45,738 bases of DNA from a virus. Taxonomy: Duplodnaviria > Caudoviricetes. Made by a program: the position numbers and the translations under genes. This document shows, piece by piece, positions 10,593 to 19,625 of this stretch (position 1 is the first letter of the stretch; each line of letters opens with the position of its first letter). Where the stretch lies: IMG/VR virus record IMGVR_UViG_3300037722_000105, positions 1 to 45,738 of that record. The stretch is one strand, 5' to 3'. Below the pieces are notes generated by a model. It was not told where the DNA came from. It searched no databases and worked only from the letters and a program-made list of their open reading frames with translations.

Positions 10593-10594
10593 TA

Positions 10595-10867
10595 ATGCCG
10601 AAAAGTAAAAAGAAAAGTAGAAGCTTGGATAGCGGCTTGGAGTATGTTGGTGAGAAACTGGGTGTGATCCCGTCTAAGCCTGCTACTGTCTCTAGCCCTA
10701 AGGTTAGTCCTGGTCGTAGTACTGCTACGAAGAAAGTCATGGCATCTAAGTCGAGTACTGGTGGAAGTAGCGGTGTGTCTCGCCGTGCGGGAAGTGTTGG
10801 CGTGTCTAGTTCTAGCCGTCAGCGGACTAATAAGCGTGGCCCTTCTAACCGTAAGAAAAAGAAGTAA
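10595..10867 (+). CDS. Small, very basic Ser/Lys/Arg-rich protein
   Basis: 90 aa, low complexity, closely coupled to the upstream gene. Confidence 0.65.
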   Translation: MPKSKKKSRSLDSGLEYVGEKLGVIPSKPATVSSPKVSPGRSTATKKVMASKSSTGGSSGVSRRAGSVGVSSSSRQRTNKRGPSNRKKKK

Positions 10868-10892
10868 TACATTTTCACCTATTAGGTGAAGG
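10865..10892 (+). promoter_or_regulatory. Phage late-promoter-like motif, copy 2
   Basis: TAATACATTTTCACCTATTAGGTGAAGG; overlaps a stop codon; precedes the endolysin. Confidence 0.8.
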
Positions 10893-10900
10893 GATAAGAT

Positions 10901-11497
10901 ATGACACCTGAACTTAAGCGGTTCGTTGATGCGCTCCGCTCACAATTCCCACAGTATTTCTCTTCTGGTGAAATTTACCATTTGGGTGTGACTAACTGTA
11001 GGAGAAAGAATAATAATCCTGGTTCTGCATGGTCGGAACATTCATGGTCTAACGCTGTGGATATTATGTTGCGTACCATTGACGGTGTGCCAGGTGATCA
11101 GATTGCTGCTTGGGCTAGGTCTCGACCTGATCTTGCTAGCGAAGTTTTCTGGAAGATAGCGTTACATCACAATCATGTGCATGTTACTGCGAATCCTCGT
11201 AGAAATTATGACAATAAACAAGTCCCGCCGTGTGCGGGCGGAGAGGACGACATGGCAATACTAACAGATCAAGAACAGAAGGAGCTACAAGCTTTTCTAA
11301 GTTATATTAAGAGCGAGGGTTCTAATGTGAGTTTTGTGGTTCAGGCAATCCAGGATGTGCGGGAACGTAATACTAACGGTCCGTGGGCACCTGCTAACCA
11401 TACGCATCCTAGCACTCCGCTAGTGGATTCGACTGCTCGTAGTCTGGCCCAGCGTGCGCTGGACACTCTAGCTAAAATCAGAACTGCCGTCTCTTAA
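10901..11497 (+). CDS. Putative endolysin, M15-like Zn peptidase
   Basis: SEHSWSNAVD (H-x6-D) and HHNHVH (HxH) zinc motifs; followed by small membrane proteins. Confidence 0.7.
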   Translation: MTPELKRFVDALRSQFPQYFSSGEIYHLGVTNCRRKNNNPGSAWSEHSWSNAVDIMLRTIDGVPGDQIAAWARSRPDLASEVFWKIALHHNHVHVTANPRRNYDNKQVPPCAGGEDDMAILTDQEQKELQAFLSYIKSEGSNVSFVVQAIQDVRERNTNGPWAPANHTHPSTPLVDSTARSLAQRALDTLAKIRTAVS

Positions 11498-11505
11498 ATG
11501 GTGGT

Positions 11506-11700
11506 ATGTGGTTCAAATATTTTTGGGTAGCCTGGGCTAGTATAGGGTTAATCGTTGAGGTTATCGCTCTTGCTACTCGCACTCCTGGCGCTACTCTCTC
11601 CGAACAAGTGTGGAGTATTAGAGGTTCTGGTTTTTATTCTCTCATAATTTTCTTCCTATTATGGTTGACCTATCATTTTCTGTGGGAGGGGAGAGTCTAA
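11506..11700 (+). CDS. Putative holin (2 transmembrane segments)
   Basis: 64 aa with two hydrophobic segments, directly after the endolysin. Confidence 0.55.
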   Translation: MWFKYFWVAWASIGLIVEVIALATRTPGATLSEQVWSIRGSGFYSLIIFFLLWLTYHFLWEGRV

Positions 11701-11771
11701 TGGATGAAGTGCAGGTAGTGCGTATCGGCTTTTGGCTGTTTCTTTTGGCCGCTCTGATCATAAAATTTTAA
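11700..11771 (+). CDS. 23-aa single-TM peptide MDEVQVVRIGFWLFLLAALIIKF (not in the ORF track)
   Basis: TAATG overlap with the holin stop; GGAGGGGAG SD upstream. Confidence 0.5.
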   Translation: MDEVQVVRIGFWLFLLAALIIKF

Positions 11772-11783
11772 GGAGGGATTCAT

Positions 11784-11957
11784 ATGGGTGAAACTTATAC
11801 TCAGCGTATCATCGCTTTGCTTGAAGCTATGGATACTGACACAGCCGCCAACGAAATCTTACTGACGGCTATTGCTGCGTCACTAGATTCTATCGACACT
11901 AAGCTTGTGCAGCTTACATTGTCTGGTAATGCTCTTATCGTTGACGATCCCGCTTAA
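11784..11957 (+). CDS. 57-aa hypothetical protein MGETYTQRIIALLE... (not in the ORF track)
   Basis: AAGGAGG SD; open frame to TAA ending at 11957. Confidence 0.6.
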   Translation: MGETYTQRIIALLEAMDTDTAANEILLTAIAASLDSIDTKLVQLTLSGNALIVDDPA

Positions 11958-11959
11958 TT

Positions 11960-11987
11960 TAATACATTATTGCCTATTATATGAAGA
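11960..11987 (+). promoter_or_regulatory. Phage late-promoter-like motif, copy 3
   Basis: TAATACATTATTGCCTATTATATGAAGA upstream of 12052. Confidence 0.75.
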
Positions 11988-12051
11988 GGTTTTTATTTCC
12001 CCTTCAAGCAGCCCGTGACGCTCGGAGTAAATTACAAAGGAGGTAAAATAC

Positions 12052-12867
12052 ATGGCTAAAGTATCTCGTGTAGGAAGTTCTTTCTCTACACTCCCGTTTG
12101 ACGGTATTGACAATGTTGCTAACTTGTGGATTCATGATGATTTCATTGGTTCCATAACTGCTGCTGATATTGGAACAGGCACAGTGGTTCATACTGCACA
12201 AGGCGTTTGGAACGCTGGTGAAGTAGGATCACTTACTGGGCCTGGTACTCTCAACCAGCTTGTAGGAGTGGCAGGTCACCCTGGTATCTTGCAGCTTCAA
12301 ACTGCTGATGATGCTTCAGAGGAAGTGGCTTTGCTGCTTGGCGCTGCGGCTGAAACTGAGGCGGATGACGATTTCGTCTTGGACTCTAACGGCCTTTATA
12401 TCGCATCCATTCTCAGGGTTCCTGATGTAGACGGTCAGAAGGTCGAGTTCGGACTGATCGCTGATCCAGCATCACCTAACTCTAGCGCTGTCGATGTTGT
12501 CTCATTCGTTTGGGACGCTGACGACCCTGCTAACGTTGGTGATGAGTTTTTCATCGCTCAGGTGAACGCTGCTACTGTTGATACTGAGGAAGTTTTCACG
12601 CTTCCTTACGTTGAGAACGACTGGGTTCTATTGGAACTGTACGCAACCGATTCGGATGCGTATTTCCGTATGACGACTGAGGATGGTCAAGAAACGATCC
12701 ATCTGGCTGGCACTATGCCTATTGTCGGTGTACGCCCTGGTTTCATTAATGAGGCTGAGGGTTCTGCTGTCGAGTCGCTTGACATTGACGCATTCCATCT
12801 GCGGTATAGTCGTAGGCCTCAGGCTGCTAATGCTGGCATTAGCTGGCTTGGTGCTACTGGCGCATAA
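12052..12867 (+). CDS. Probable virion protein (beta-rich, acidic; decoration or fibre-like)
   Basis: Strong AAGGAGG SD, own late-type motif, HDDF start, beta-strand pattern. Confidence 0.5.
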   Translation: MAKVSRVGSSFSTLPFDGIDNVANLWIHDDFIGSITAADIGTGTVVHTAQGVWNAGEVGSLTGPGTLNQLVGVAGHPGILQLQTADDASEEVALLLGAAAETEADDDFVLDSNGLYIASILRVPDVDGQKVEFGLIADPASPNSSAVDVVSFVWDADDPANVGDEFFIAQVNAATVDTEEVFTLPYVENDWVLLELYATDSDAYFRMTTEDGQETIHLAGTMPIVGVRPGFINEAEGSAVESLDIDAFHLRYSRRPQAANAGISWLGATGA

Positions 12868-12886
12868 TTAAATAATCCTTTAGGAT

Positions 12887-12924
12887 ATAGGAAAGCCCCC
12901 GTCTTTCGATGGGGGCTAACCTAT
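12887..12924. terminator. GC-rich hairpin between the convergent late and early arms
   Basis: agcccccgtc-tttc-gatgggggct, extended by atagg/cctat; no long U-tract. Confidence 0.7.
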
Positions 12925-12951
12925 TAGCACTTCGGATTTATCATCTGACTG

Positions 12952-14628
12952 TTAGGCTGAACTACTCACCTCCCTACCTCTAGAATAAATCTCATTCGGT
13001 GTCTCTAGTCCCATCCTGACAATCGGGGCAAGGGTCAGCACCGAAAACAGGCATGAAGCTACCCTGAAACGGTCCACATCATCCACGCTTTTAACGAACC
13101 CACCAGTGCTGCCACGCTTCTCCACGCTGACGAACTGGATTGGTGCTTCAGGTCTGAAATGGTGGGACATGACAGCATGCGCCCCTTCATGAGTAGCGGT
13201 ACGCCAACGATCTTCTGGCAACTCCATTCTTCCAGTGCTCTCACCCATCATAGCCTTCAATAAGTAGTCCCGCATGTCTTCAAACGTTACAGTAGTCCTA
13301 CCATCACGGACAGCGGACAGTAATCCTTCATTCACCATAGCTTTAATACTCGCACCAGTAGCCTGCGGATTCTCCCTCGCCAAAGTAAGAATCTGTTTGT
13401 CGGTTAGATTATGCGCATGAATTTTATTCAAATATCCGTTAATAGTTTCCACTCTACCTGACAGGTTAGGGTAACCAAGATGTAGTTTACGGTCAAATCT
13501 GCCAGGCCTAGTCAATGCTCCATCTAACGCTCCTGGAAGGTTAGTTGCTGCAGTCCACAAGATGCGCAGAATTGCGGGAGGTAACATTTCGAATCCGAAC
13601 CATAGTCTCAGCTTATTGTAGAAGCCTCGGCTTTTAGCCACACCGCTCATTTCAGTAAGAATCTGTTGCAATGCTCCGCTCCCACTAGACAATTGTATTC
13701 TGTCCTCTTCAGAAGCATTCCTATTATACAGTTTAGATACTAGCTGTTGAAGTACTCCTCCGCCACGTGAACCGAGAACATCAATCTCATCGAAGAAGAC
13801 TACTACTCCACCATATTTAACAGAGAAGGCTCGTAGTTTCTTGAAGATTAATTTGACTCTGCGTTGTGGTACGCCTGCCCACATGCTAGTAAACGAGGAA
13901 CCATCAATACTAATAAAAGGTTTTTCAGCTTCGCCTGCCATTGCCTCTGCAATATACGATTTGCCTACTCCTGGCGGACCGTACATCATGATACCTGTCG
14001 GCATGTACCCGCCAAGAGCTTCCACTTCCCCAGGCTTCTTCAAGATTTTGAGGGCTTCACGGACGGATGCTACTGCAGCGTCCTGTCCGTACACGTCACT
14101 AAATCTGGTCTTGATAGAATGAGGTAGTGTGACGTCCATGAGGCCTTGACGTGCAGCTATTTCCTGCACGCCGATAAACCCTGCGAATCCCATTGCTAGT
14201 CTGATCATGAACCATAGCAGGTCTGCTAGGTTCGTAGCTATCAGATTAGGTATGCTTACCGCACAATTGATAACGCCTTCACAGGCGGGCGTGGACATGT
14301 CTATAACATATCCTAGCGCCATACTAATTAATATGACCCGCCATACTTGGACTAGACGGTGTCTAGTATATGGACTTAAGTTGAAGGTTTTGCTTTTAAG
14401 ATAGGCTGCTCTACGCTGTGTTTTAGCATAGTATGATGCGCTTTTAATCTGCTTGTATTCGTGGAAGCCTTTGAGAATATAGAAGGTTATGAACGCCCAG
14501 GCTACTCTGCCGAACGGGGATTGTATCCACGGTGTAGGGTACGCTCTTTCTAGGAGGACAACTACGAGCAGTGCCCACCCTATTTGGGTAACGTATGATG
14601 CCCAGTGTTTAGCTGGCTTAGTTGTCAT
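12952..14628 (-). CDS. Membrane-anchored FtsH-like AAA+ ATPase with a truncated M41 peptidase domain
   Basis: N-terminal TM segments; GPPGVGKS, FFDEID, AATN..LDGALTRPGRFDR; TATHEGAHAV (HEXXH); ORF ends about 70 aa later. Confidence 0.85.
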   Translation of the reverse strand: MTTKPAKHWASYVTQIGWALLVVVLLERAYPTPWIQSPFGRVAWAFITFYILKGFHEYKQIKSASYYAKTQRRAAYLKSKTFNLSPYTRHRLVQVWRVILISMALGYVIDMSTPACEGVINCAVSIPNLIATNLADLLWFMIRLAMGFAGFIGVQEIAARQGLMDVTLPHSIKTRFSDVYGQDAAVASVREALKILKKPGEVEALGGYMPTGIMMYGPPGVGKSYIAEAMAGEAEKPFISIDGSSFTSMWAGVPQRRVKLIFKKLRAFSVKYGGVVVFFDEIDVLGSRGGGVLQQLVSKLYNRNASEEDRIQLSSGSGALQQILTEMSGVAKSRGFYNKLRLWFGFEMLPPAILRILWTAATNLPGALDGALTRPGRFDRKLHLGYPNLSGRVETINGYLNKIHAHNLTDKQILTLARENPQATGASIKAMVNEGLLSAVRDGRTTVTFEDMRDYLLKAMMGESTGRMELPEDRWRTATHEGAHAVMSHHFRPEAPIQFVSVEKRGSTGGFVKSVDDVDRFRVASCLFSVLTLAPIVRMGLETPNEIYSRGREVSSSA

Positions 14629-14825
14629 TGAGTGTCCTCAAAGTTGAACCCTATGTGAATACTAACAGGATAATCGTCACTACCAGTAAACGTTAGTAGG
14701 ATAGAGTCGCCCGCTCGGCGAGACTTCCCCTCCATCCATCGTTGAACGCTGTCCTGTGCGTCTTTCTTTTGAAACATGAATGAAGCGTTTGGATTGTACA
14801 TGAATGTTTTAAACTTCTTCATCAT
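14625..14825 (-). CDS. Hypothetical protein
   Basis: Overlaps both neighbours; ATGA-type coupling to the FtsH-like gene. Confidence 0.5.
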   Translation of the reverse strand: MMKKFKTFMYNPNASFMFQKKDAQDSVQRWMEGKSRRAGDSILLTFTGSDDYPVSIHIGFNFEDTQ

Positions 14826-15162
14826 TTCCTAGTATCCTTTCCACTGTCGCACCATCATCCTTCATATACCGAACAGCCATTCTAAGTCTCTTAATGTCGT
14901 CTCGGAAGCGTGCGAGACCTGAGTTACAATTGCCACACAAGAGTCCTCGCACCCTGGCATTCTTGTGGTTGTGATCCACGGCGAGGAAACGTTTGGTCGT
15001 TCCGCCTGCACATATAGCGCACTTGCCACCCTGTGCTTCGAACATTTTATCGTAATCATGTATTGTGATATTATAGGCTTGTTTGAGGTGGGTGTTGTGT
15101 TTGCTTCGTCTTGCACGTCTCGTCCTTTCACGTTTACTCAGTGCCATTGAACGCTTTCTCAC
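14809..15162 (-). CDS. Endonuclease VII-type His-Me finger nuclease
   Basis: QGGKCAIC..LAVDHNH..VRGLLCGNCNSGL..FRD. Confidence 0.9.
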   Translation of the reverse strand: MRKRSMALSKRERTRRARRSKHNTHLKQAYNITIHDYDKMFEAQGGKCAICAGGTTKRFLAVDHNHKNARVRGLLCGNCNSGLARFRDDIKRLRMAVRYMKDDGATVERILGNDEEV

Positions 15163-15409
15163 GGCGGTTACATTCAGCGCACTTAGCGCTCTTCCTGTTC
15201 GTATACCATAGTCCGCCCAATTCTTCGTTAGTCCAGTCTCTAGCGTAGCTTAACGCTCTACCACACCATGCTATCTCATCGCTGATATGTTCTGGTGTGC
15301 GTCCTAACAGATGGTCGTGGTCGTTCCATAGTGGGCTACGATACCAGTCACCGTGTACTAGTGGCTCTTCAACCTTTTCTGCTTGCTTACGCCAATCCTT
15401 CTTAGCCAA
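15134..15409 (-). CDS. Hypothetical Zn-binding protein (likely TTG start at 15409)
   Basis: GGAGG SD before TTG; H..WCG..CAEC. Confidence 0.5.
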   Translation of the reverse strand: MAKKDWRKQAEKVEEPLVHGDWYRSPLWNDHDHLLGRTPEHISDEIAWCGRALSYARDWTNEELGGLWYTNRKSAKCAECNRREKAFNGTE

Positions 15410-16004
15410 GTAGTGCCTCCACAATGTCAGGCCACGTGCAACGCTCCTGCGGTTCCGCCACGTTATGTGGAGCAGCATACAAGAACGTTCGTTCATGAAA
15501 ATAAGGGTCCATATTATCAGCCCGATCATCTACGATAGCATCAGCAATTATTCTTGTCTTCTGGTTAGTGAAGCTAAGCTGGCGGTAGGGTATGTTGTTG
15601 TCACGCAACCAAGATGATGTATTCTCAACGATTCGATCATGAAGGCCGAACTTGGTGAGCCTGCTGGTAGCGATATGGATATCCCATTCGGCGTCTGACA
15701 GCCGCCACAAAGCATCCCTTGCACCAGGAATGAGCGGTCCTCTTGCATAGATTTCTCCTGCTTCAACACCTAACCTCCACCATCTAATAAATTCGCCTTG
15801 AGGAATGTTCCAGTCATCCCATACGGCCCATTGAGAATATTTGCTGATTGCTATTTGAGCTTTAGTAATGGGACCATAAGACTTGACTTCAATGATTTCG
15901 TTAGCAAAGTTTAGAACACTGTTTGTGTTCAACCATTGAGCCATAGCACCAACCCAATCGTACACAACATTATCCAGATCAACTATTATTACTGGTCTCT
16001 TCAT
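15402..16004 (-). CDS. HAD-family 5'(3')-deoxyribonucleotidase (NT5C-like)
   Basis: IIVDLDNVVYDW, LIPGA, IATSR, IVDD, PHN. Confidence 0.85.
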   Translation of the reverse strand: MKRPVIIVDLDNVVYDWVGAMAQWLNTNSVLNFANEIIEVKSYGPITKAQIAISKYSQWAVWDDWNIPQGEFIRWWRLGVEAGEIYARGPLIPGARDALWRLSDAEWDIHIATSRLTKFGLHDRIVENTSSWLRDNNIPYRQLSFTNQKTRIIADAIVDDRADNMDPYFHERTFLYAAPHNVAEPQERCTWPDIVEALLG

Positions 16005-16194
16005 CTTCTTCTCCTGTCTTCTCAACAATCTCATTCACCAGTTCACGTGTCTCCATTTTCCATTCGTCCTGCCAGGTCGTGAACTCTTCCTCCGTCACGA
16101 CTTCACCTTTCGCTTCCTTCTGGAATTTGAGCAGTGTAGCGTACAGATAGGCTTGACCGTCGAACAGTATCTTATTATATATTCTTTGAATCAT
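15979..16194 (-). CDS. Hypothetical protein
   Basis: Fills the gap between coupled genes. Confidence 0.5.
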   Translation of the reverse strand: MIQRIYNKILFDGQAYLYATLLKFQKEAKGEVVTEEEFTTWQDEWKMETRELVNEIVEKTGEEDEETSNNS

Positions 16195-16480
16195 AGCCTC
16201 GTGCTAGTAGCGCCTTAATAATCTTCTGATAAAGTTTCTCCAATTTATATTGGATGATCTGATGTCCTTCATAACCTTGCCTGATGGCAATGGTACGAAT
16301 GGGGATGCCCTCTCCAAATCGCATATAGTACAGTTCTCTATCCGCATCAGTTAAATCCTCATCAATAATCAGTTCCATGACCTCCTGCAGTTTGTGCGGT
16401 TGTGGAATATAATTGTAGTTGTAGAGTTGTTCGAGAATGTGATCGTTTCCGATCAGAATTTCTTTACGTGGCCTTTTCAA
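16175..16480 (-). CDS. Sigma-70 region 4-like HTH protein
   Basis: LTDADRELYYMRFGEGIPIRTIA..G..I...LEKLYQKI matches the sigma region-4 pattern. Confidence 0.65.
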   Translation of the reverse strand: MKRPRKEILIGNDHILEQLYNYNYIPQPHKLQEVMELIIDEDLTDADRELYYMRFGEGIPIRTIAIRQGYEGHQIIQYKLEKLYQKIIKALLARGYDSKNI

Positions 16481-16650
16481 ATCTTCTTATTCGTAAGCAG
16501 TTAGCTCTTTATACACCCAGTATAATTCTTCGAGACTGTCGCTCACCCTTTCTGCAAGTTCATTGTATCCGTCAATGCGTAACTGCGCTATGAAAGTGTC
16601 AACCATCTCTATGATTGCTAGCAGTTTCGCCGCATTCGTATCCACGTTCA

Positions 16651-17157
16651 TTATGATTCTCCCTTATTGTAGGCTCCAATAAAACTGGCCTTATCACATA
16701 GTCTGTCCCAGTCGAGACGATAGTATTCTACACCATCTGAATCAAACTTTTGTATACCATACTTTTTTTTAGAGTAGGCAACCTCGGAAACAACATCCGT
16801 CCAAGCAACCACAATGAACTGTTGTTTACTACTGTTCCATATGAATAGTACGACTCCCATAAGACCCATGAGTTGCGCTATTTTATGCCACACTTTGAGA
16901 GCATTATACTTGCTGACCTTCACACTTTTGAGTATGTTGTCTCGGCCTAGCCCGCACACTTCTACCAGATATGTTGTGGTGAAGAAGTCTGGCATGTGTC
17001 TTGTGACTTCTGGCAGGCTTCCTACTTTGATTCCTTTGGGTCGGCGGATGCCGAACCGTATAGTATTGCCGAGTGGTCGTACTTGCTCGTAAATGTTCTC
17101 CGCTTCGTCTCCCATAGTGCTGAAGCGTTGTGAGAATGGTAGGTCAGAATATCCCAC
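16651..17157 (-). CDS. PD-(D/E)XK-like nuclease
   Basis: GDEAE..PDF..LVEVCG (Cys at the usual Lys position). Confidence 0.5.
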   Translation of the reverse strand: MGYSDLPFSQRFSTMGDEAENIYEQVRPLGNTIRFGIRRPKGIKVGSLPEVTRHMPDFFTTTYLVEVCGLGRDNILKSVKVSKYNALKVWHKIAQLMGLMGVVLFIWNSSKQQFIVVAWTDVVSEVAYSKKKYGIQKFDSDGVEYYRLDWDRLCDKASFIGAYNKGES

Positions 17158-17420
17158 TAAGACACTTGCTCTTTCCGAGTATCATAGAGTGCTCGGCCAG
17201 CCTCACCTAATTCTACTAGAGCTATACGAAGCCAAGTGTCAGGATGATAGTGTCGAGAACCCCACTTGTTAAGTTGGTATTCTCTTTCAACATAAACTTC
17301 TTGGAGAAGTTGGTTCATATTGTTAACTGAATCAGAACCTTCATCGAAATCTGATACCGCAGCTAGACAGACTGCTGCAACTTGAATCAGTTCATTACGA
17401 TATGAGTTACGATCATGCAT
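17157..17420 (-). CDS. MazG-like NTP pyrophosphohydrolase, apparently circularly permuted
   Basis: ELIQVAAV and EREYQLNKWG..H..WL.I..ELGEA motifs. Confidence 0.65.
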   Translation of the reverse strand: MHDRNSYRNELIQVAAVCLAAVSDFDEGSDSVNNMNQLLQEVYVEREYQLNKWGSRHYHPDTWLRIALVELGEAGRALYDTRKEQVS

Positions 17421-17554
17421 TATGCTTTGAGTTCTTTCTCGTCAAACCAAACTTCAACGATCACGTTACCAGGACATTCACAAGTAATATATGTGTAACC
17501 CTGTTCGGGATCGTCTGTCCTGATTTGTTTGGTTTTACAATAGGGACACTTCAT
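17420..17554 (-). CDS. 44-aa Zn-ribbon protein MKCPYCK..TCEC (not in the ORF track)
   Basis: ATGA and TAATG coupling on the two sides. Confidence 0.6.
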   Translation of the reverse strand: MKCPYCKTKQIRTDDPEQGYTYITCECPGNVIVEVWFDEKELKA

Positions 17555-17820
17555 AGAAGTTCCTGCTTTAATGCTTTGAAAGCATCATACACACCTTTGC
17601 GGTAAGTGTCTTCTACGACTAGATCAACAGCGCTAAACGTACTATCTTCCCTACGTCTACTAGCTTTGGTGAGTCGCTCGTACAGGCGGGAGATAGTGCT
17701 CCCGTTGCTACGTGTGAACGTAGTCGTTCCGAACAGATCGGGTTCTCCTGTTCTTACTGAGATTGGTCCGTTATATCTATACTTCTGGTCTGTCATCTGT
17801 TCCTCTTCCTGTAATATCAA
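17551..17820 (-). CDS. Hypothetical protein
   Basis: ORF track; coupled to neighbours. Confidence 0.5.
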   Translation of the reverse strand: MILQEEEQMTDQKYRYNGPISVRTGEPDLFGTTTFTRSNGSTISRLYERLTKASRRREDSTFSAVDLVVEDTYRKGVYDAFKALKQELL

Positions 17821-18184
17821 AGAATGCTAGAATGAGAAAGTGCCATGCTGCTTGTATGGCATGGTGTACACGCCAGGACTGAGCACTACCATCTTTGGCT
17901 TCGAACTCTTCAATGTTCCATGATTCTCCATCCCAAAAAGCTGTTGCATGACGCATTGCAGCGTCGTACAGGTGGGACCACGCAAATCCTTTACGAAAAT
18001 TGTAGTCCCCGTGTTTGAGTCCACCCATTTTGAATACTCGTCCAAGCTCCCAAGCAGACTGTCTAGGAAGACAGTGAAGTTCTGATTCTTTGACACCTTT
18101 CTGCCCTCCTGTCATGGGGTCAACAACAATTTCTTCTTTCGCTTTTCTAATACGTTCTCCTGCAGCCCAGGTTTCTAGTTCCAC
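17777..18184 (-). CDS. DUF5664-like (dATP/dGTP diphosphohydrolase-type) protein
   Basis: LP..ELGRVFKMGGLKHGDYNFRKG..LYDAAMRH..FWDGE..HHAIQAAW. Confidence 0.8.
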   Translation of the reverse strand: MELETWAAGERIRKAKEEIVVDPMTGGQKGVKESELHCLPRQSAWELGRVFKMGGLKHGDYNFRKGFAWSHLYDAAMRHATAFWDGESWNIEEFEAKDGSAQSWRVHHAIQAAWHFLILAFFDITGRGTDDRPEV

Positions 18185-18436
18185 TCAGTCATCCTCCAAA
18201 AGATTTAACGCATCATTCACAAGCGTTTCTACTTCGGCTAGAGTATCGGGCAGGACACCCGATGAATCTACTAGCTTGTCAAGAACGTCTAATGCAGCAT
18301 ACAAAGTTCTGATCAGAATAATCACATTTATATTCACAGTTCTCTCACTTTCTCATCCCGATAAGTATGATACCCGTACTGTTGGGTAAGATACGTGGTC
18401 CCTTCAACTTCCTTCTTATAGAATTTAAGATAAGGA

Positions 18437-18781
18437 TCATTCTTCTTCCTCTTCAGCCTGTGTGTCCAGCCCATCATTCTCGCCTGAGAGTCCAGTCTCT
18501 TCCGTGATGTCGTCACCGACTACCTCTGCTTCTATAAATCCGTCTGTCATAAGCTCGTCGAATAATGGGTCTCCATACTCGTTCATGTATGCGTTAACCA
18601 TGTTCTCTGCTGTCATGGCCCGCACGTAGAATTCGTTGCTTGCTGCTTCCATAGCCATAATGTAACGTGCGACTTCTTGGACTTGCATGGCGTCTAGTTC
18701 TCTGCCGTGGCCTTGGTTGGCCGAGTCCATTATAAGCTTGACTACTGCAAGCACGTTCTGCATGTTAGTTGGAAATTGCAT
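18437..18781 (-). CDS. Hypothetical acidic protein
   Basis: ORF overlapping the helicase end; GGAG SD. Confidence 0.55.
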   Translation of the reverse strand: MQFPTNMQNVLAVVKLIMDSANQGHGRELDAMQVQEVARYIMAMEAASNEFYVRAMTAENMVNAYMNEYGDPLFDELMTDGFIEAEVVGDDITEETGLSGENDGLDTQAEEEEE

Positions 18782-19625
18782 TCACTTCTCCTGGTCTCCA
18801 AATACGTAGGTTCGGTTCAATATGTAAGTCGATCCGTTCCTTTTCCTCAAAGTAGGCACGATTCTTCAAAATGTTCGCAGCAATAATATGCTGTTGCTGC
18901 ATCTTATCCAAGTAGCTCATCTCAGGGTTCTTATGCGGACGCCATAATCCTATCACAAAGTCAGCCTCCGTGTATCCTGCGAACCTAGCCGAGTTAGCTG
19001 TTGGCGGATGCCACTGCTTCTCCTGTAAATTAGTTTGATGGAGTACGAAGACTCGCTGCTGTTCCATTTTCGCCCAGTCTTTAAGTTGTGTAGCGACACG
19101 GTCCATAGCAACAAACCCTTCCCCGCTAGTCTTAGCTCCACCTAATAGTTCTAGGTAGTCTATGACTACGAAGGCTGGCGCTTGTCCGAACTCTAATTTG
19201 AAAATATCTATTTCCATGCTTAGGTCTTCTACTCCTAAACCTGGTGTGTCTACTATCTTGTGTTTTGGATAGTCGATCATCATGTCCCACATGTCTTTAG
19301 GCGGGTTGCCTTGTTCGATAAGGTTTTGGACTTCGATGCTTGACTTTCCGCTCCACATTGAGTAGAGTCTGATTAGCGCCTGGTTGGCTGGCATTTCCAT
19401 TGAGAAGAATATGGAGGGTAGTGTCCTGTTATTGTTGATAATGTTCTGGCCGATAATACTTTTGCCCGCATAGGAGCGGCCCATGATCATGCACACTTCG
19501 CCTGGTGCTGGCCCCCGAATAAGGTCGTCTATTTCGGGGATACCAACACCTACTCTCTTAACGTCTGAGAGTGCGAAATCGTAGAGAGCTTCGATAGAAT
19601 CGTGAAGTCCTGCTACTTTACTCAT
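18765..19625 (-). CDS. DnaB/RecA-like replicative helicase (ATPase domain only)
   Basis: GIPEIDDLI.G..PGE, GRSYAGKS, FFSMEM, VVIDYL, VLHQ, ADFVIGLWR, LKNR. Confidence 0.9.
   Translation of the reverse strand: MSKVAGLHDSIEALYDFALSDVKRVGVGIPEIDDLIRGPAPGEVCMIMGRSYAGKSIIGQNIINNNRTLPSIFFSMEMPANQALIRLYSMWSGKSSIEVQNLIEQGNPPKDMWDMMIDYPKHKIVDTPGLGVEDLSMEIDIFKLEFGQAPAFVVIDYLELLGGAKTSGEGFVAMDRVATQLKDWAKMEQQRVFVLHQTNLQEKQWHPPTANSARFAGYTEADFVIGLWRPHKNPEMSYLDKMQQQHIIAANILKNRAYFEEKERIDLHIEPNLRIWRPGEVNAISN

Noticed and set aside
17157-18184. Diaminopurine (Z) genome pathway
   Set aside because: No PurZ/PurA-like gene, HD-family dATPase or dedicated polymerase was seen
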